From assembly GCA_902522915.1 (NCBI GenBank), contig CABYXQ010000001.1, positions 1 through 58,468 of the forward strand: 58,468 nucleotides of DNA. Reading direction: 5' to 3'. The DNA is from an uncultured Pelagibacteraceae bacterium (GTDB lineage: Bacteria > Pseudomonadota > Alphaproteobacteria > Pelagibacterales > Pelagibacteraceae). Position 1 is the stretch's first letter. Each line of letters begins with the position of its first letter. The position numbers and the translations under genes are program-made. Under the pieces are notes generated by a model. That model searched no databases. It was not told the origin of the DNA and saw only the letters and a list, made by a program, of their open reading frames with translations. Positions 44,600 to 53,257 of the stretch are shown piece by piece.

Positions 44600-45192
44600 T
44601 GTTTGCAGAACTATTTACACCAGAACAACTAACAATTTTAGGTCAAATTATTCTTATTGATTTAGTTTTAGCTGGAGATAACGCAATTATTATTGGAATG
44701 GTTGCTTCAAAGTTTCCAGTTGAACAGCGTAAAAAAATTATTTTTTGGGGGATAAGTGGAGCTGTAATATTAAGAATAATACTAACTTTACTTACTGCAT
44801 ATCTGCTTCAAATTACTGGTCTTAGATTAATAGGTGGATTATTGCTTCTATATATAGTCTACAAACTTTATATAGATGTTATTAAGGGGGCTGAACATGA
44901 AGATAATATAAAAGTAGATAATTCAAATTTCTTAAAAGCTATTTGGACAATACTACTGGCAGATTTTACAATGAGCCTTGATAACGTACTAGGTGTTGCT
45001 GGAGCAGCTGGAGACCATTATGATCTTCTTGTTTTTGGATTAATTTTATCAATTATATTAATGGCTACTGCTGCAAGTCTAATTTCTAGATGGATTAAAG
45101 AATATAAATGGATTGCATGGCTAGGTTTGCTAGCAATATTAGTAGTTGCTATAGAGTTGATTTACACAGATATTAAAATATTATTTTTATAA
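44599..45192 (+). CDS. TerC/YjbE-family membrane protein
   Basis: IILIDLVLAGDNAIIIG and LADFTMSLDNVLGVAGAA motifs; one-base overlap with the GMC stop. Confidence 0.9.
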   Translation: MFAELFTPEQLTILGQIILIDLVLAGDNAIIIGMVASKFPVEQRKKIIFWGISGAVILRIILTLLTAYLLQITGLRLIGGLLLLYIVYKLYIDVIKGAEHEDNIKVDNSNFLKAIWTILLADFTMSLDNVLGVAGAAGDHYDLLVFGLILSIILMATAASLISRWIKEYKWIAWLGLLAILVVAIELIYTDIKILFL

Positions 45193-45950
45193 TGTACTTA
45201 CAAAAAATAAATTTAAAAAATAAATACGCACTAGTTACAGGTGCTGGCAAAGGCTTAGGGAGAGCATGTTCTATTGCTTTAGCTGAAGCTGGTGCAACAA
45301 TAATAGCATTAAGTAGAACTTCTACTGATTTAGACAAATTAGAAAAAGAAATAAAAAAAATCAAAGGAAAAATTATTAAAGTTCCATGTGATATAATGAA
45401 CTATAAAGATTTAAAAAAACAGTTAGATAAAATTAAAGTAATTGATATTCTTGTAAATAATGCAGGAACAAATATCCCAGAACCATTTGAAAAAATAAAG
45501 CAGACTAGTATGAACTATTTGGTAGATCTAAATCTTAAATCTGCATTCAATGTTGCTCAGCTTGTGGTAAATAAGATGCTTAAAAATAAGAAAAGACCTG
45601 GATCAATTATAAATATGTCATCTCAATTAGGTCATGTTGGAATGAGTGGGAGAAATATTTATAATATGACAAAATTTGGCATCGAAGGATTAACAAAAGG
45701 AATGGGAGTTGAGTTAGCTAAAAAAAATATAAGAGTTAATACTGTTGCTCCAACATTTGTTGAAACTCCTATGGTAAAAAAATTTTTTAAAGATAAAAAT
45801 TTTAAAAGATTAGCCTTAGGAAAAATTCCAATGGGGAAAGCAGCAAGTGAAAGTGATGTAGCAACAACAGTTTGTTTTTTAGCATCATCAGCTTCCTCAA
45901 TGATCACAGGTTCATCAATAATAATAGATGGTGGATGGACAGCTCAGTAG
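45192..45950 (+). CDS. Short-chain dehydrogenase/reductase, resembling the HpsO-type subfamily
   Basis: TGAGKGLG, NNAGTN, SSQLGHVG, YNMTK, NTVAPTFVETPM, DGGWTAQ. Confidence 0.88.
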   Translation: MYLQKINLKNKYALVTGAGKGLGRACSIALAEAGATIIALSRTSTDLDKLEKEIKKIKGKIIKVPCDIMNYKDLKKQLDKIKVIDILVNNAGTNIPEPFEKIKQTSMNYLVDLNLKSAFNVAQLVVNKMLKNKKRPGSIINMSSQLGHVGMSGRNIYNMTKFGIEGLTKGMGVELAKKNIRVNTVAPTFVETPMVKKFFKDKNFKRLALGKIPMGKAASESDVATTVCFLASSASSMITGSSIIIDGGWTAQ

Positions 45951-46738
45951 TTTATAGATTTATCCTAGTATTAATTATTTTTACAACATCACAAGTTAAT
46001 GCAATAGAATTTCAAGGTAAATTTGTTCAGGGTCACTTTATCTTAGGCAAAACTGATCCAGCAGCAAAAATAATAGTTGGTAAGAAAAAAGTAAAAGTAT
46101 CAAATGATGGTTTTTTTGTTTTTGGTATTGATAGAGATAGAAAGTTTGACTTAATTTTTACTAAAATTATAAATGAAAAAAAAACAAAAATAGTAAAAAA
46201 AGTTTTAAAAAGGAAATATAATATCCAAAGAATTGATGGTCTTGCAGAAAGTAAAGTAACCCCGCCAGAGTCTGTTTATAAAAGAATTAAAAAAGAAAAC
46301 AATGCGATTGGTGAAGCAAGGGCAATAAATTCAAATTTACAATTTTTTAAAGAAAAATTTATTATGCCTGTTGAGGGAATTATTAGTGGTGTCTACGGAA
46401 GTCAAAGAATATTAAATGGTAAACCTAGATGGCCTCACTACGGTATTGATATTGCTGCAAAAAAGGGAACCATGATTAAATCATCTGGAGCTGGAATTGT
46501 AACAATGGCAGAAGATGATTTATACTATACAGGTGGAACCATCATTATGGATCATGGTCATGGCATCTCAACAATATATTCACATCTTGAAAATGTTTTA
46601 GTATCTGTTGGAGATAAAATAAATCAAGGAGATGTAATAGGAACTGTTGGTTCAACTGGAAGATCAACTGGGCCACATCTTGATTTTAGAATTAATTGGT
46701 TCCAAACAAGGCTTGATCCAATGTCTGTACTAAAATAA
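45935..46738 (+). CDS. M23-family metallopeptidase (likely start near 45935)
   Basis: HYGIDIA, DHGHG.STIYSHL, GSTGRSTGPHLDF zinc motifs; N-terminal signal-like segment. Confidence 0.9.
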   Translation: MDSSVVYRFILVLIIFTTSQVNAIEFQGKFVQGHFILGKTDPAAKIIVGKKKVKVSNDGFFVFGIDRDRKFDLIFTKIINEKKTKIVKKVLKRKYNIQRIDGLAESKVTPPESVYKRIKKENNAIGEARAINSNLQFFKEKFIMPVEGIISGVYGSQRILNGKPRWPHYGIDIAAKKGTMIKSSGAGIVTMAEDDLYYTGGTIIMDHGHGISTIYSHLENVLVSVGDKINQGDVIGTVGSTGRSTGPHLDFRINWFQTRLDPMSVLK

Positions 46739-46782
46739 AAAGAAATAAAAAAACTAAGATTTGTTTTAGCTTAGATTTAATA

Positions 46783-47637
46783 ATGATTAAATTTTACAAA
46801 AAATATAAAAAAACCATACTAAATTTATCTTTAAAAAAAATTTATTCTTATTTTTTTTTAAATGATGTTAAAAGTACAAGTTATTATTATCATTTAAAAA
46901 ATTTAATCTTTGATTTTTTACAATCAAAGTATCCAGATTATAATAAAGAAAATTTTGAAAAAAAATTAAATAAACTAGTTGTTAAAATTGATGACTATAA
47001 AGACTTAAGTAGTTCACTGGACTCTTTATTTAAACCAAAGCTACATGATGATCTTCAATTTCATTATAAATATACTGAAAATAGAATTCTTTTTCAATTC
47101 ATCTTATATTCATTAAATATTAAATTAATTAAAAAAAAATATTCAGATATTTATGATTTTGCTATTGCTAAACTAAATAAACCTTTGGATATTTTAGAAA
47201 TTGGTGGAGGCTTACCACATGGGTTTATTTATAATCTATTTAAAAAAGATAAAAATTTTTTTAATAGCTTTAACTATATTGATGCAGATTTATTACATTC
47301 TGAATTTGTAAGTTGGTTTTGTAAAAAAAATAAATTTAATCACCAAATAAACTTATTTCCTGCTGCAAAAGTTCCTAAAATAGAAAATATAAAATTTAAT
47401 TTTGTTTTTGCAAAAGATGTGTTTGAGCATTTGGATAAACCTGAAATATTAGTAGATGACTTAATAATCAATGTAACTGATGAAAAAACACTATTATGTC
47501 TTGATCTTGAAGCTAAAAGTCCACACAATAAACAACACATAAGTCCCAATCTTCCAATTTTAAAAGAAAAGTTAGTTAATAATAACTTTAGAGTAATTAA
47601 GGAATTTGGAGACATTCATATTTGGGAAAAAAAATAA
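46783..47637 (+). CDS. Putative class I SAM-dependent methyltransferase
   Basis: ILEIGGG motif I, acidic YIDAD, FVFAKDVFEHL post-II motif; very AT-rich. Confidence 0.6.
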   Translation: MIKFYKKYKKTILNLSLKKIYSYFFLNDVKSTSYYYHLKNLIFDFLQSKYPDYNKENFEKKLNKLVVKIDDYKDLSSSLDSLFKPKLHDDLQFHYKYTENRILFQFILYSLNIKLIKKKYSDIYDFAIAKLNKPLDILEIGGGLPHGFIYNLFKKDKNFFNSFNYIDADLLHSEFVSWFCKKNKFNHQINLFPAAKVPKIENIKFNFVFAKDVFEHLDKPEILVDDLIINVTDEKTLLCLDLEAKSPHNKQHISPNLPILKEKLVNNNFRVIKEFGDIHIWEKK

Positions 47638-47647
47638 TATAAATAAG

Positions 47648-48799
47648 ATGGCACTTCATTTTAGTAAAGAAGAATTTTCAAAAAGAAAGCAAGATGTTTT
47701 GAAATCAATGAAAGAGCAAAATCTAGATGCTTTATTAATGTTTAGACAAGAGTCTATGTATTGGCTTACAGGTTATGATACTTTTGGATATGTCTTTTTT
47801 CAAACACTTGTATTAGATCAAAAAGGAAATATTATTTTGTTAACTCGTGCTCCAGATTTAATACAAGCACAAAATACATCAAATATTGAAGATATAAGAA
47901 TTTGGGTTGATAAAGATAGAATAAATCCGACTGACGATCTCAAAAAAATATTAAATGAATTAAACCTAAAGGATAAAAAAATTGGAATTGAGTATGAAGC
48001 TTACGGTATGACTGGTCGTAATGCTTTAAAATTAAATAAATCTCTAGACAATTACTGTCTTATTGAAGATCAATCAGAATTAATTACAAAATTAAGAGTA
48101 GTTAAATCTAACGAAGAATTAGTTTACGTTAAAAAAGCAGCAGAACTTGCAGATCGAGCTCTTGATCAAGCTTGGAAATATACAAAAGCTGGAGCCAGCG
48201 AAGCAAAAATTCTTGCAGAAATGCAAAAAACTGTACTTGAAGGTGGTGGTGATTATCCAGCGAATGAATACATTATTGGATCGGGTGATAATGCTCTACT
48301 TTGTAGATATCAATCAGAAAAAAGAAAATTGTCTAATATTGATCAATTGAGCTTAGAATGGGCTGGTACTTTTAAGCACTATCATTCAGCAATGTTTAGA
48401 ACAATTCCAATTGGAAAAGCTGATGTTAAACACATAAAAATGCATGAGGCGTGTATTGAAGCTCTGAGAAATTGTGTAAAAACTTTAATTCCAGGAAAAA
48501 CTGCTGGTGATGTATTTGATGTCCATGCCAAAACATTTGATAATTTAGGTTTTAATAAAGCAAGAATGAACGCTTGTGGTTATTCGTTAGGATCAACTTT
48601 TGCACCAAACTGGATGGATTGGCCAATGCTATATAAAGGAAATCCTTATGTTATAAAACCAGGTAATATCTTCTTTATGCATATGATATTAATGGATTCT
48701 GATAATAATTTAGCCATGAATCTAGGCGAAACTTATTTAGTGACTGAAAGCAGCAATGAAAGATTAGGTAATCAAAAACTGGATCTGGTTGTACTTTAA
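47648..48799 (+). CDS. M24 pita-bread fold hydrolase, creatinase/ectoine hydrolase (DoeA/EutD)-like
   Basis: Creatinase-N domain (YWLTGYD), LRVVKS.EE, LEWAG...HYHSAMFRT, CGYSLG; likely start MALHFS at 47648. Confidence 0.85.
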   Translation: MALHFSKEEFSKRKQDVLKSMKEQNLDALLMFRQESMYWLTGYDTFGYVFFQTLVLDQKGNIILLTRAPDLIQAQNTSNIEDIRIWVDKDRINPTDDLKKILNELNLKDKKIGIEYEAYGMTGRNALKLNKSLDNYCLIEDQSELITKLRVVKSNEELVYVKKAAELADRALDQAWKYTKAGASEAKILAEMQKTVLEGGGDYPANEYIIGSGDNALLCRYQSEKRKLSNIDQLSLEWAGTFKHYHSAMFRTIPIGKADVKHIKMHEACIEALRNCVKTLIPGKTAGDVFDVHAKTFDNLGFNKARMNACGYSLGSTFAPNWMDWPMLYKGNPYVIKPGNIFFMHMILMDSDNNLAMNLGETYLVTESSNERLGNQKLDLVVL

Positions 48800-48803
48800 A
48801 ACT

Positions 48804-50588
48804 TTAAGAGTTTAATGAAGGTTGCTTCTTCATATCATCCCTGTTTATACCGGCAACTCTAACTGGTTTCTTCATCGCATCTCTTCTAAATGGTTCGCCA
48901 AGTTCTTGATTTAAAATTACTTCTATAAAAGTTGTAATTCCATTTTTCTGGTCTTCACAAGATTGTTTAATAGCATTAGTAGTTTCTTCCATAGTTTTAA
49001 CTGTAACACCTTTTAAACCACAAGCATCAGCAACTTTTGCGTAACTTAATTCCGGGTCAAGCTCTGTTCCTACAAAATTGTCATCAAACCATAGAATTGA
49101 GTTTCTTTTTTCAGCACCCCATTGATAGTTTCTAAAAATAACCATTGTAATTGAGGGCCATTCTTTTCTTGCACATGAACTCATCTCATTCATGCTAATA
49201 CCAAAAGCTCCATCTCCTGCAAAGCCAATTACTGGAGTATCCGGGCAGCCTATTTTTGCTCCCAAAATAGATGGAAATCCATAACCGCATGGACCAAATA
49301 ATCCTGGTGCTAAATATTTTCTACCTTTTTCAAATGTTGGATAAGCATTTCCAATCGCACAATTGTTTCCAATATCACTAGAAATAATTACATCCTCAGG
49401 CATTCCAGCTTGTATTGCTCGCCAAGCTTGTCTTGGGGACATTCTATCTGAATCTCTTTCTCTTGCTTCTTTATTCCAAACTGTACCTTCATCATCTTCT
49501 TCATGATCAAGACTTGATAACTTCTGTAACCAAGCTGATTTTGTTTGATGAATTATGTCTTTTCTTTTTTGTCTATCAGTATCACCTGCTGTTGGAGAAA
49601 GTTGGGCTAAAAGTTGTTGAGATACTAATTTAGCATCACCGCATATCCCAACTGTAACCTTTTTAGTTAATCCTATTCGATCTGAATTCATGTCTACTTG
49701 AATAATACTTGCATCTTTTGGCCAGTAATCCATTCCATATCCAGGTAAAGTTGAAAATGGATTTAATCTAGTGCCTAAAGCTAAGACTACATCAGCTTTT
49801 TGAATTAATTCCATTCCAGCTTTTGAACCATTATAACCTAGTGGACCAGCTGCCAATGGATGACTGCCAGGAAAACTATCGTTATGTTGATAACCAGAGC
49901 ATACTGGTGCATCAAGTTTCTCTGCAAGTTTTTTACAATCATCTATTGCACCCCCAATCACAACCCCTGCTCCAGACAAAATAACTGGAAATTTTGCATC
50001 AGATAATAATTGAGCAGCTTTTTTAACAGCATCTACTCCACCCGCTTGTCTTTCTAATCTAACAATAGGAGGAAGATCAATATCAATTACTTGTGTCCAA
50101 TAATCTCTTGGTACATTTATTTGAGCAGGCGCTGATCCTCTAATTGCTTTTTCTATAACTCTATTTAAAACTTCTGCCATTCTTGATGGATCTCTGACTT
50201 CTTCTTGATAACAAACCATGTCCTTAAATAAATTCATTTGTTCAACTTCTTGGAAGCCACCTTGACCCATAGTTTTATTTGCCGCTTGAGGTGTAACTAA
50301 TAAGAGTGGCGTATGATTCCAGTAAGCAGTTTTTATTGGCGTAACTAGTCCGGTTATACCTGGTCCATTTTGGGCTATTACCATTGACATTTTACCGGTT
50401 GCTCTTGTATAGCCATCAGCAATTAACCCACCATTAGTCTCATGAGCAACATCCCAGAAAGTAATTCCTGCATCAGGAAAAATATCTGAAATAGGCATAA
50501 AAGCTGAACCAATAATTCCAAATGCATGTTCAATTCCATGCATTTGTAAAACTTTAACAAAAGCTTCTTCTGTCGTCATTTTTGTCAT
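48804..50588 (-). CDS. xsc: Sulfoacetaldehyde acetyltransferase (ThDP-dependent)
   Basis: MTTEEAFVKVLQMHGIEHAFGIIGSAF N-terminus, SSDIGNNCAIGNAYP, GDGAFG...NYQWGAEKRN, ELGEPFRRDAMKKP. Confidence 0.95.
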   Translation of the reverse strand: MTKMTTEEAFVKVLQMHGIEHAFGIIGSAFMPISDIFPDAGITFWDVAHETNGGLIADGYTRATGKMSMVIAQNGPGITGLVTPIKTAYWNHTPLLLVTPQAANKTMGQGGFQEVEQMNLFKDMVCYQEEVRDPSRMAEVLNRVIEKAIRGSAPAQINVPRDYWTQVIDIDLPPIVRLERQAGGVDAVKKAAQLLSDAKFPVILSGAGVVIGGAIDDCKKLAEKLDAPVCSGYQHNDSFPGSHPLAAGPLGYNGSKAGMELIQKADVVLALGTRLNPFSTLPGYGMDYWPKDASIIQVDMNSDRIGLTKKVTVGICGDAKLVSQQLLAQLSPTAGDTDRQKRKDIIHQTKSAWLQKLSSLDHEEDDEGTVWNKEARERDSDRMSPRQAWRAIQAGMPEDVIISSDIGNNCAIGNAYPTFEKGRKYLAPGLFGPCGYGFPSILGAKIGCPDTPVIGFAGDGAFGISMNEMSSCARKEWPSITMVIFRNYQWGAEKRNSILWFDDNFVGTELDPELSYAKVADACGLKGVTVKTMEETTNAIKQSCEDQKNGITTFIEVILNQELGEPFRRDAMKKPVRVAGINRDDMKKQPSLNS

Positions 50589-50711
50589 AAAACTTGAACC
50601 TCTATAAAATTTAATATTTAATAATATTTTAAAATTCGTTTGTTAATTTTTGCGATTAATATATAAGATTTTACAAAATTCAAACAAACAAATCGACACT
50701 ATATATAATAT

Positions 50712-50996
50712 ATGGCTACTGATATCATAATTCACGATAAAAAAGACAACGTTGGAGTAGTTGTTATTGAAAAAATTAACCCAAAACAAGACTGCGCATG
50801 CTGGATAATGGAGGATGATAGTTCTACAAATATTCAATCAATGGATGAAATCCCTCTTGGACACAAAATCGCAATGATTGATTTAAATGAAGGAGATACA
50901 ATTCTTAAATATGGTCACGATATAGGTAAAGTTGTTAAATCTATAAAAAAGGGTGAACATGTTCATGTTCACAATGTTAAAACAAAGAAGTGGTAA
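50712..50996 (+). CDS. suyA: (2R)-sulfolactate sulfo-lyase small subunit (UxaA N-terminal SAF domain)
   Basis: HD..DNVGVVV, IPLGHKIA, KYGHDIG, GEHVHVHNVKTKKW; split UxaA-type pair next to xsc. Confidence 0.8.
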   Translation: MATDIIIHDKKDNVGVVVIEKINPKQDCACWIMEDDSSTNIQSMDEIPLGHKIAMIDLNEGDTILKYGHDIGKVVKSIKKGEHVHVHNVKTKKW

Positions 50997-50999
50997 AAA

Positions 51000-52166
51000 A
51001 TGGAAATTCCAAAAAGTTTTTTAGGTTATAAAAGAGAAAATGGAAGAGCTGGCACTAGAAATCATGTAATAATTCTTCCTGTTGATGATATATCAAATGC
51101 TTGCGCTGAAGCTGTGGCAAATAATATTAAAGGAACAATAGCCCTTCCACATTCATATGGAAGACTTCAATTTGGTGCAGATTTAGAGCTTCATTTTAGA
51201 ACTATGATTGGAACTGGTTGTAACCCAAATGTTGCAGCTGTAATTGTTATTGGTATTGAACCTAAATGGACTAAAAAAATAGTCGATGGAATTGCAGAAA
51301 CTGGAAAACCTGTTGAAGGTTTTCATATAGAACGTACTGGGGACATTGGTACAACTATGAAGGCATCCAAAAAAGCTCAAGATTTTGTTATGTGGGCTTC
51401 TGAAAAACAACGAGAAGAATGCCCTATAAGTGATCTATGGATATCAGTTAAATGTGGAGAGTCTGATACGACCTCTGGTTTAGCTGCAAATCCAACTGTA
51501 GGTAATTTAATGGATAAATTAGAACCTATGGGTGTTCATTTATGTTTTGGTGAAACATCAGAGTTAACTGGCGCTGAAAATGTTTGTGCGACAAGAGGAG
51601 CAACAAAAGAGGCATCAGATAAATTTATGAAAACTTGGAATGCTTATAATGATTTTATATTAAAAGAAGCAACTGATGATCTTTCTGAAAGTCAACCAAC
51701 AGCAGGGAATATTGCTGGTGGTTTAACCACAATTGAAGAAAAAGCTTTTGGAAACTTCCAAAAAATTGGAAGCTGTAAATTTATTGATGTACTTGAGCCA
51801 GCAGAGGAACCAACTAAAGGAAAAGGTTTATACTTTATGGATACTTCTTCAGCTGCAGCAGAGTGTGTAACATTACAAGCTGCAGCAGGATTTAATATTC
51901 ACTTATTTCCAACAGGTCAGGGTAACATTGTTGGTAACCCAATTGAACCAGTGGTAAAATTGACTGCGAACCCTTTAACTGTTAAAGGAATGGGTGAGCA
52001 TATTGATTGTGATGTTTCAAAAATTCTTTCTAGAGAAATGAATTTGTCTGAAGCAGGAGATGAGCTAATTAAAACTACTCTTAGAGTTGCTAACGGAAGA
52101 CTTACTTGTGCAGAAGCTTTAGGTCATAAAGAATTTGTTATGACCAAACTATATAGAAGCGCTTAA
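51000..52166 (+). CDS. suyB: (2R)-sulfolactate sulfo-lyase large subunit (UxaA family)
   Basis: [77 protein letters not shown]. Confidence 0.82.
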   Translation: MEIPKSFLGYKRENGRAGTRNHVIILPVDDISNACAEAVANNIKGTIALPHSYGRLQFGADLELHFRTMIGTGCNPNVAAVIVIGIEPKWTKKIVDGIAETGKPVEGFHIERTGDIGTTMKASKKAQDFVMWASEKQREECPISDLWISVKCGESDTTSGLAANPTVGNLMDKLEPMGVHLCFGETSELTGAENVCATRGATKEASDKFMKTWNAYNDFILKEATDDLSESQPTAGNIAGGLTTIEEKAFGNFQKIGSCKFIDVLEPAEEPTKGKGLYFMDTSSAAAECVTLQAAAGFNIHLFPTGQGNIVGNPIEPVVKLTANPLTVKGMGEHIDCDVSKILSREMNLSEAGDELIKTTLRVANGRLTCAEALGHKEFVMTKLYRSA

Positions 52167-52183
52167 TATTCATTTATATTATT

Positions 52184-53257
52184 ATGTATTTTAAAAAATA
52201 CTTGGTAATAATACCAGGGATAATTCTTGCATTTGTGTTTTATACACTTTCTCAGGGATTTAATAGCATTGTTGGAATTGAACTTTTGGGTTACGTAAAA
52301 AGCCCAATTTCTACTGCCATGATCGCTATTTTATTTGGAATGTTTTTTGGAAATATATTTCAAATGAGAAAAAGTTTTAAAACAGGAATAAATTTTACTC
52401 AAAATTATATTTTAAAACTTGGAATAATTTGCTTGGGTATTCAATTAAAACCATTTGAATTTTTAGAATTTGGAACTATCGCTATTCCTTTAATCATCAT
52501 ATGTATCATAAGTGTACTTGTGGTAATAAAAATTTTAATTAGACAATTTAAAATTTCAACAAGAATGGCATATCTAATATCTATTGGCAGTACAGTATGT
52601 GGAACAACAGCAATTATGGCTACATCACCAGTTATAGGTGCAAAAAAAAATGAAATATCATATGCAATTGCGAACATTACTTTATTTGGAATTTTATCAA
52701 TGCTTATCTACCCCTATTTTGCTAATTATTATTTTAATGGGGAGTCTTTGTATGTTGGTTTATTTTTAGGAACTTCCATTCATGAAACTTCGCAAGTTGC
52801 TGCCGCAGGTCTTATATACGATCAGCAATTTAATAGTCCAGAAACAATGAATGTTGCCACAGTTACGAAATTAATAAGAAATACCTTTTTAATTATAATG
52901 ATCCCACTTTTTTCTTTTCTTTACAACAGAGGTAAAGCTAGTAATAAAAACTATTCCATATTTTCTATTTTTCCTTATTTTGTATTAGGTTTTGTTTTAA
53001 TGATAATGTTAAGAAATTTAGGAGATCATTTTTTTTTAAACATAAATAATGAAATTTGGCTAAATATAGTAGAAAATATAAAAAGTTTATCAAAAATTTT
53101 TTTAACTATGGCGATGGCTGCTATTGGTTTATCCACTAATCTTAAGGAACTCAAAAATATGGGTTACAGACCATTTATTGTTGGATTTATTGCTATGACA
53201 ACAGTTGGTTTTGTAAGTATTTTAACTATAGAAATATATATTAATTTTTTAAATTAA
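52184..53257 (+). CDS. YeiH/PSE-family putative sulfate/sulfite exporter (SuyZ/TauZ-like)
   Basis: LKLGIICLG, G.TVCG.TAI.A, G.FLGTSIHETSQVAAAG, ATVTKL.RN, MAMAAIGL.T; directly after suyB. Confidence 0.85.
   Translation: MYFKKYLVIIPGIILAFVFYTLSQGFNSIVGIELLGYVKSPISTAMIAILFGMFFGNIFQMRKSFKTGINFTQNYILKLGIICLGIQLKPFEFLEFGTIAIPLIIICIISVLVVIKILIRQFKISTRMAYLISIGSTVCGTTAIMATSPVIGAKKNEISYAIANITLFGILSMLIYPYFANYYFNGESLYVGLFLGTSIHETSQVAAAGLIYDQQFNSPETMNVATVTKLIRNTFLIIMIPLFSFLYNRGKASNKNYSIFSIFPYFVLGFVLMIMLRNLGDHFFLNINNEIWLNIVENIKSLSKIFLTMAMAAIGLSTNLKELKNMGYRPFIVGFIAMTTVGFVSILTIEIYINFLN

Noticed and set aside
47648-48799. DMSP lyase DddP call for the M24 protein
   Set aside because: DddP keeps the binuclear metal ligands and has a longer N-terminus; those ligands appear substituted here
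50589-50711. Possible inverted repeat operator (cgtttgtt / aacaaac) in the xsc-suyA spacer
   Set aside because: Match too short and imperfect to distinguish from chance in AT-rich DNA
50712-52166. Altronate/galactarate dehydratase (uxaA/garD) call
   Set aside because: Split small/large architecture, SuyB-type sequence motifs and adjacency to xsc and a PSE exporter favour suyAB; no uronate genes nearby
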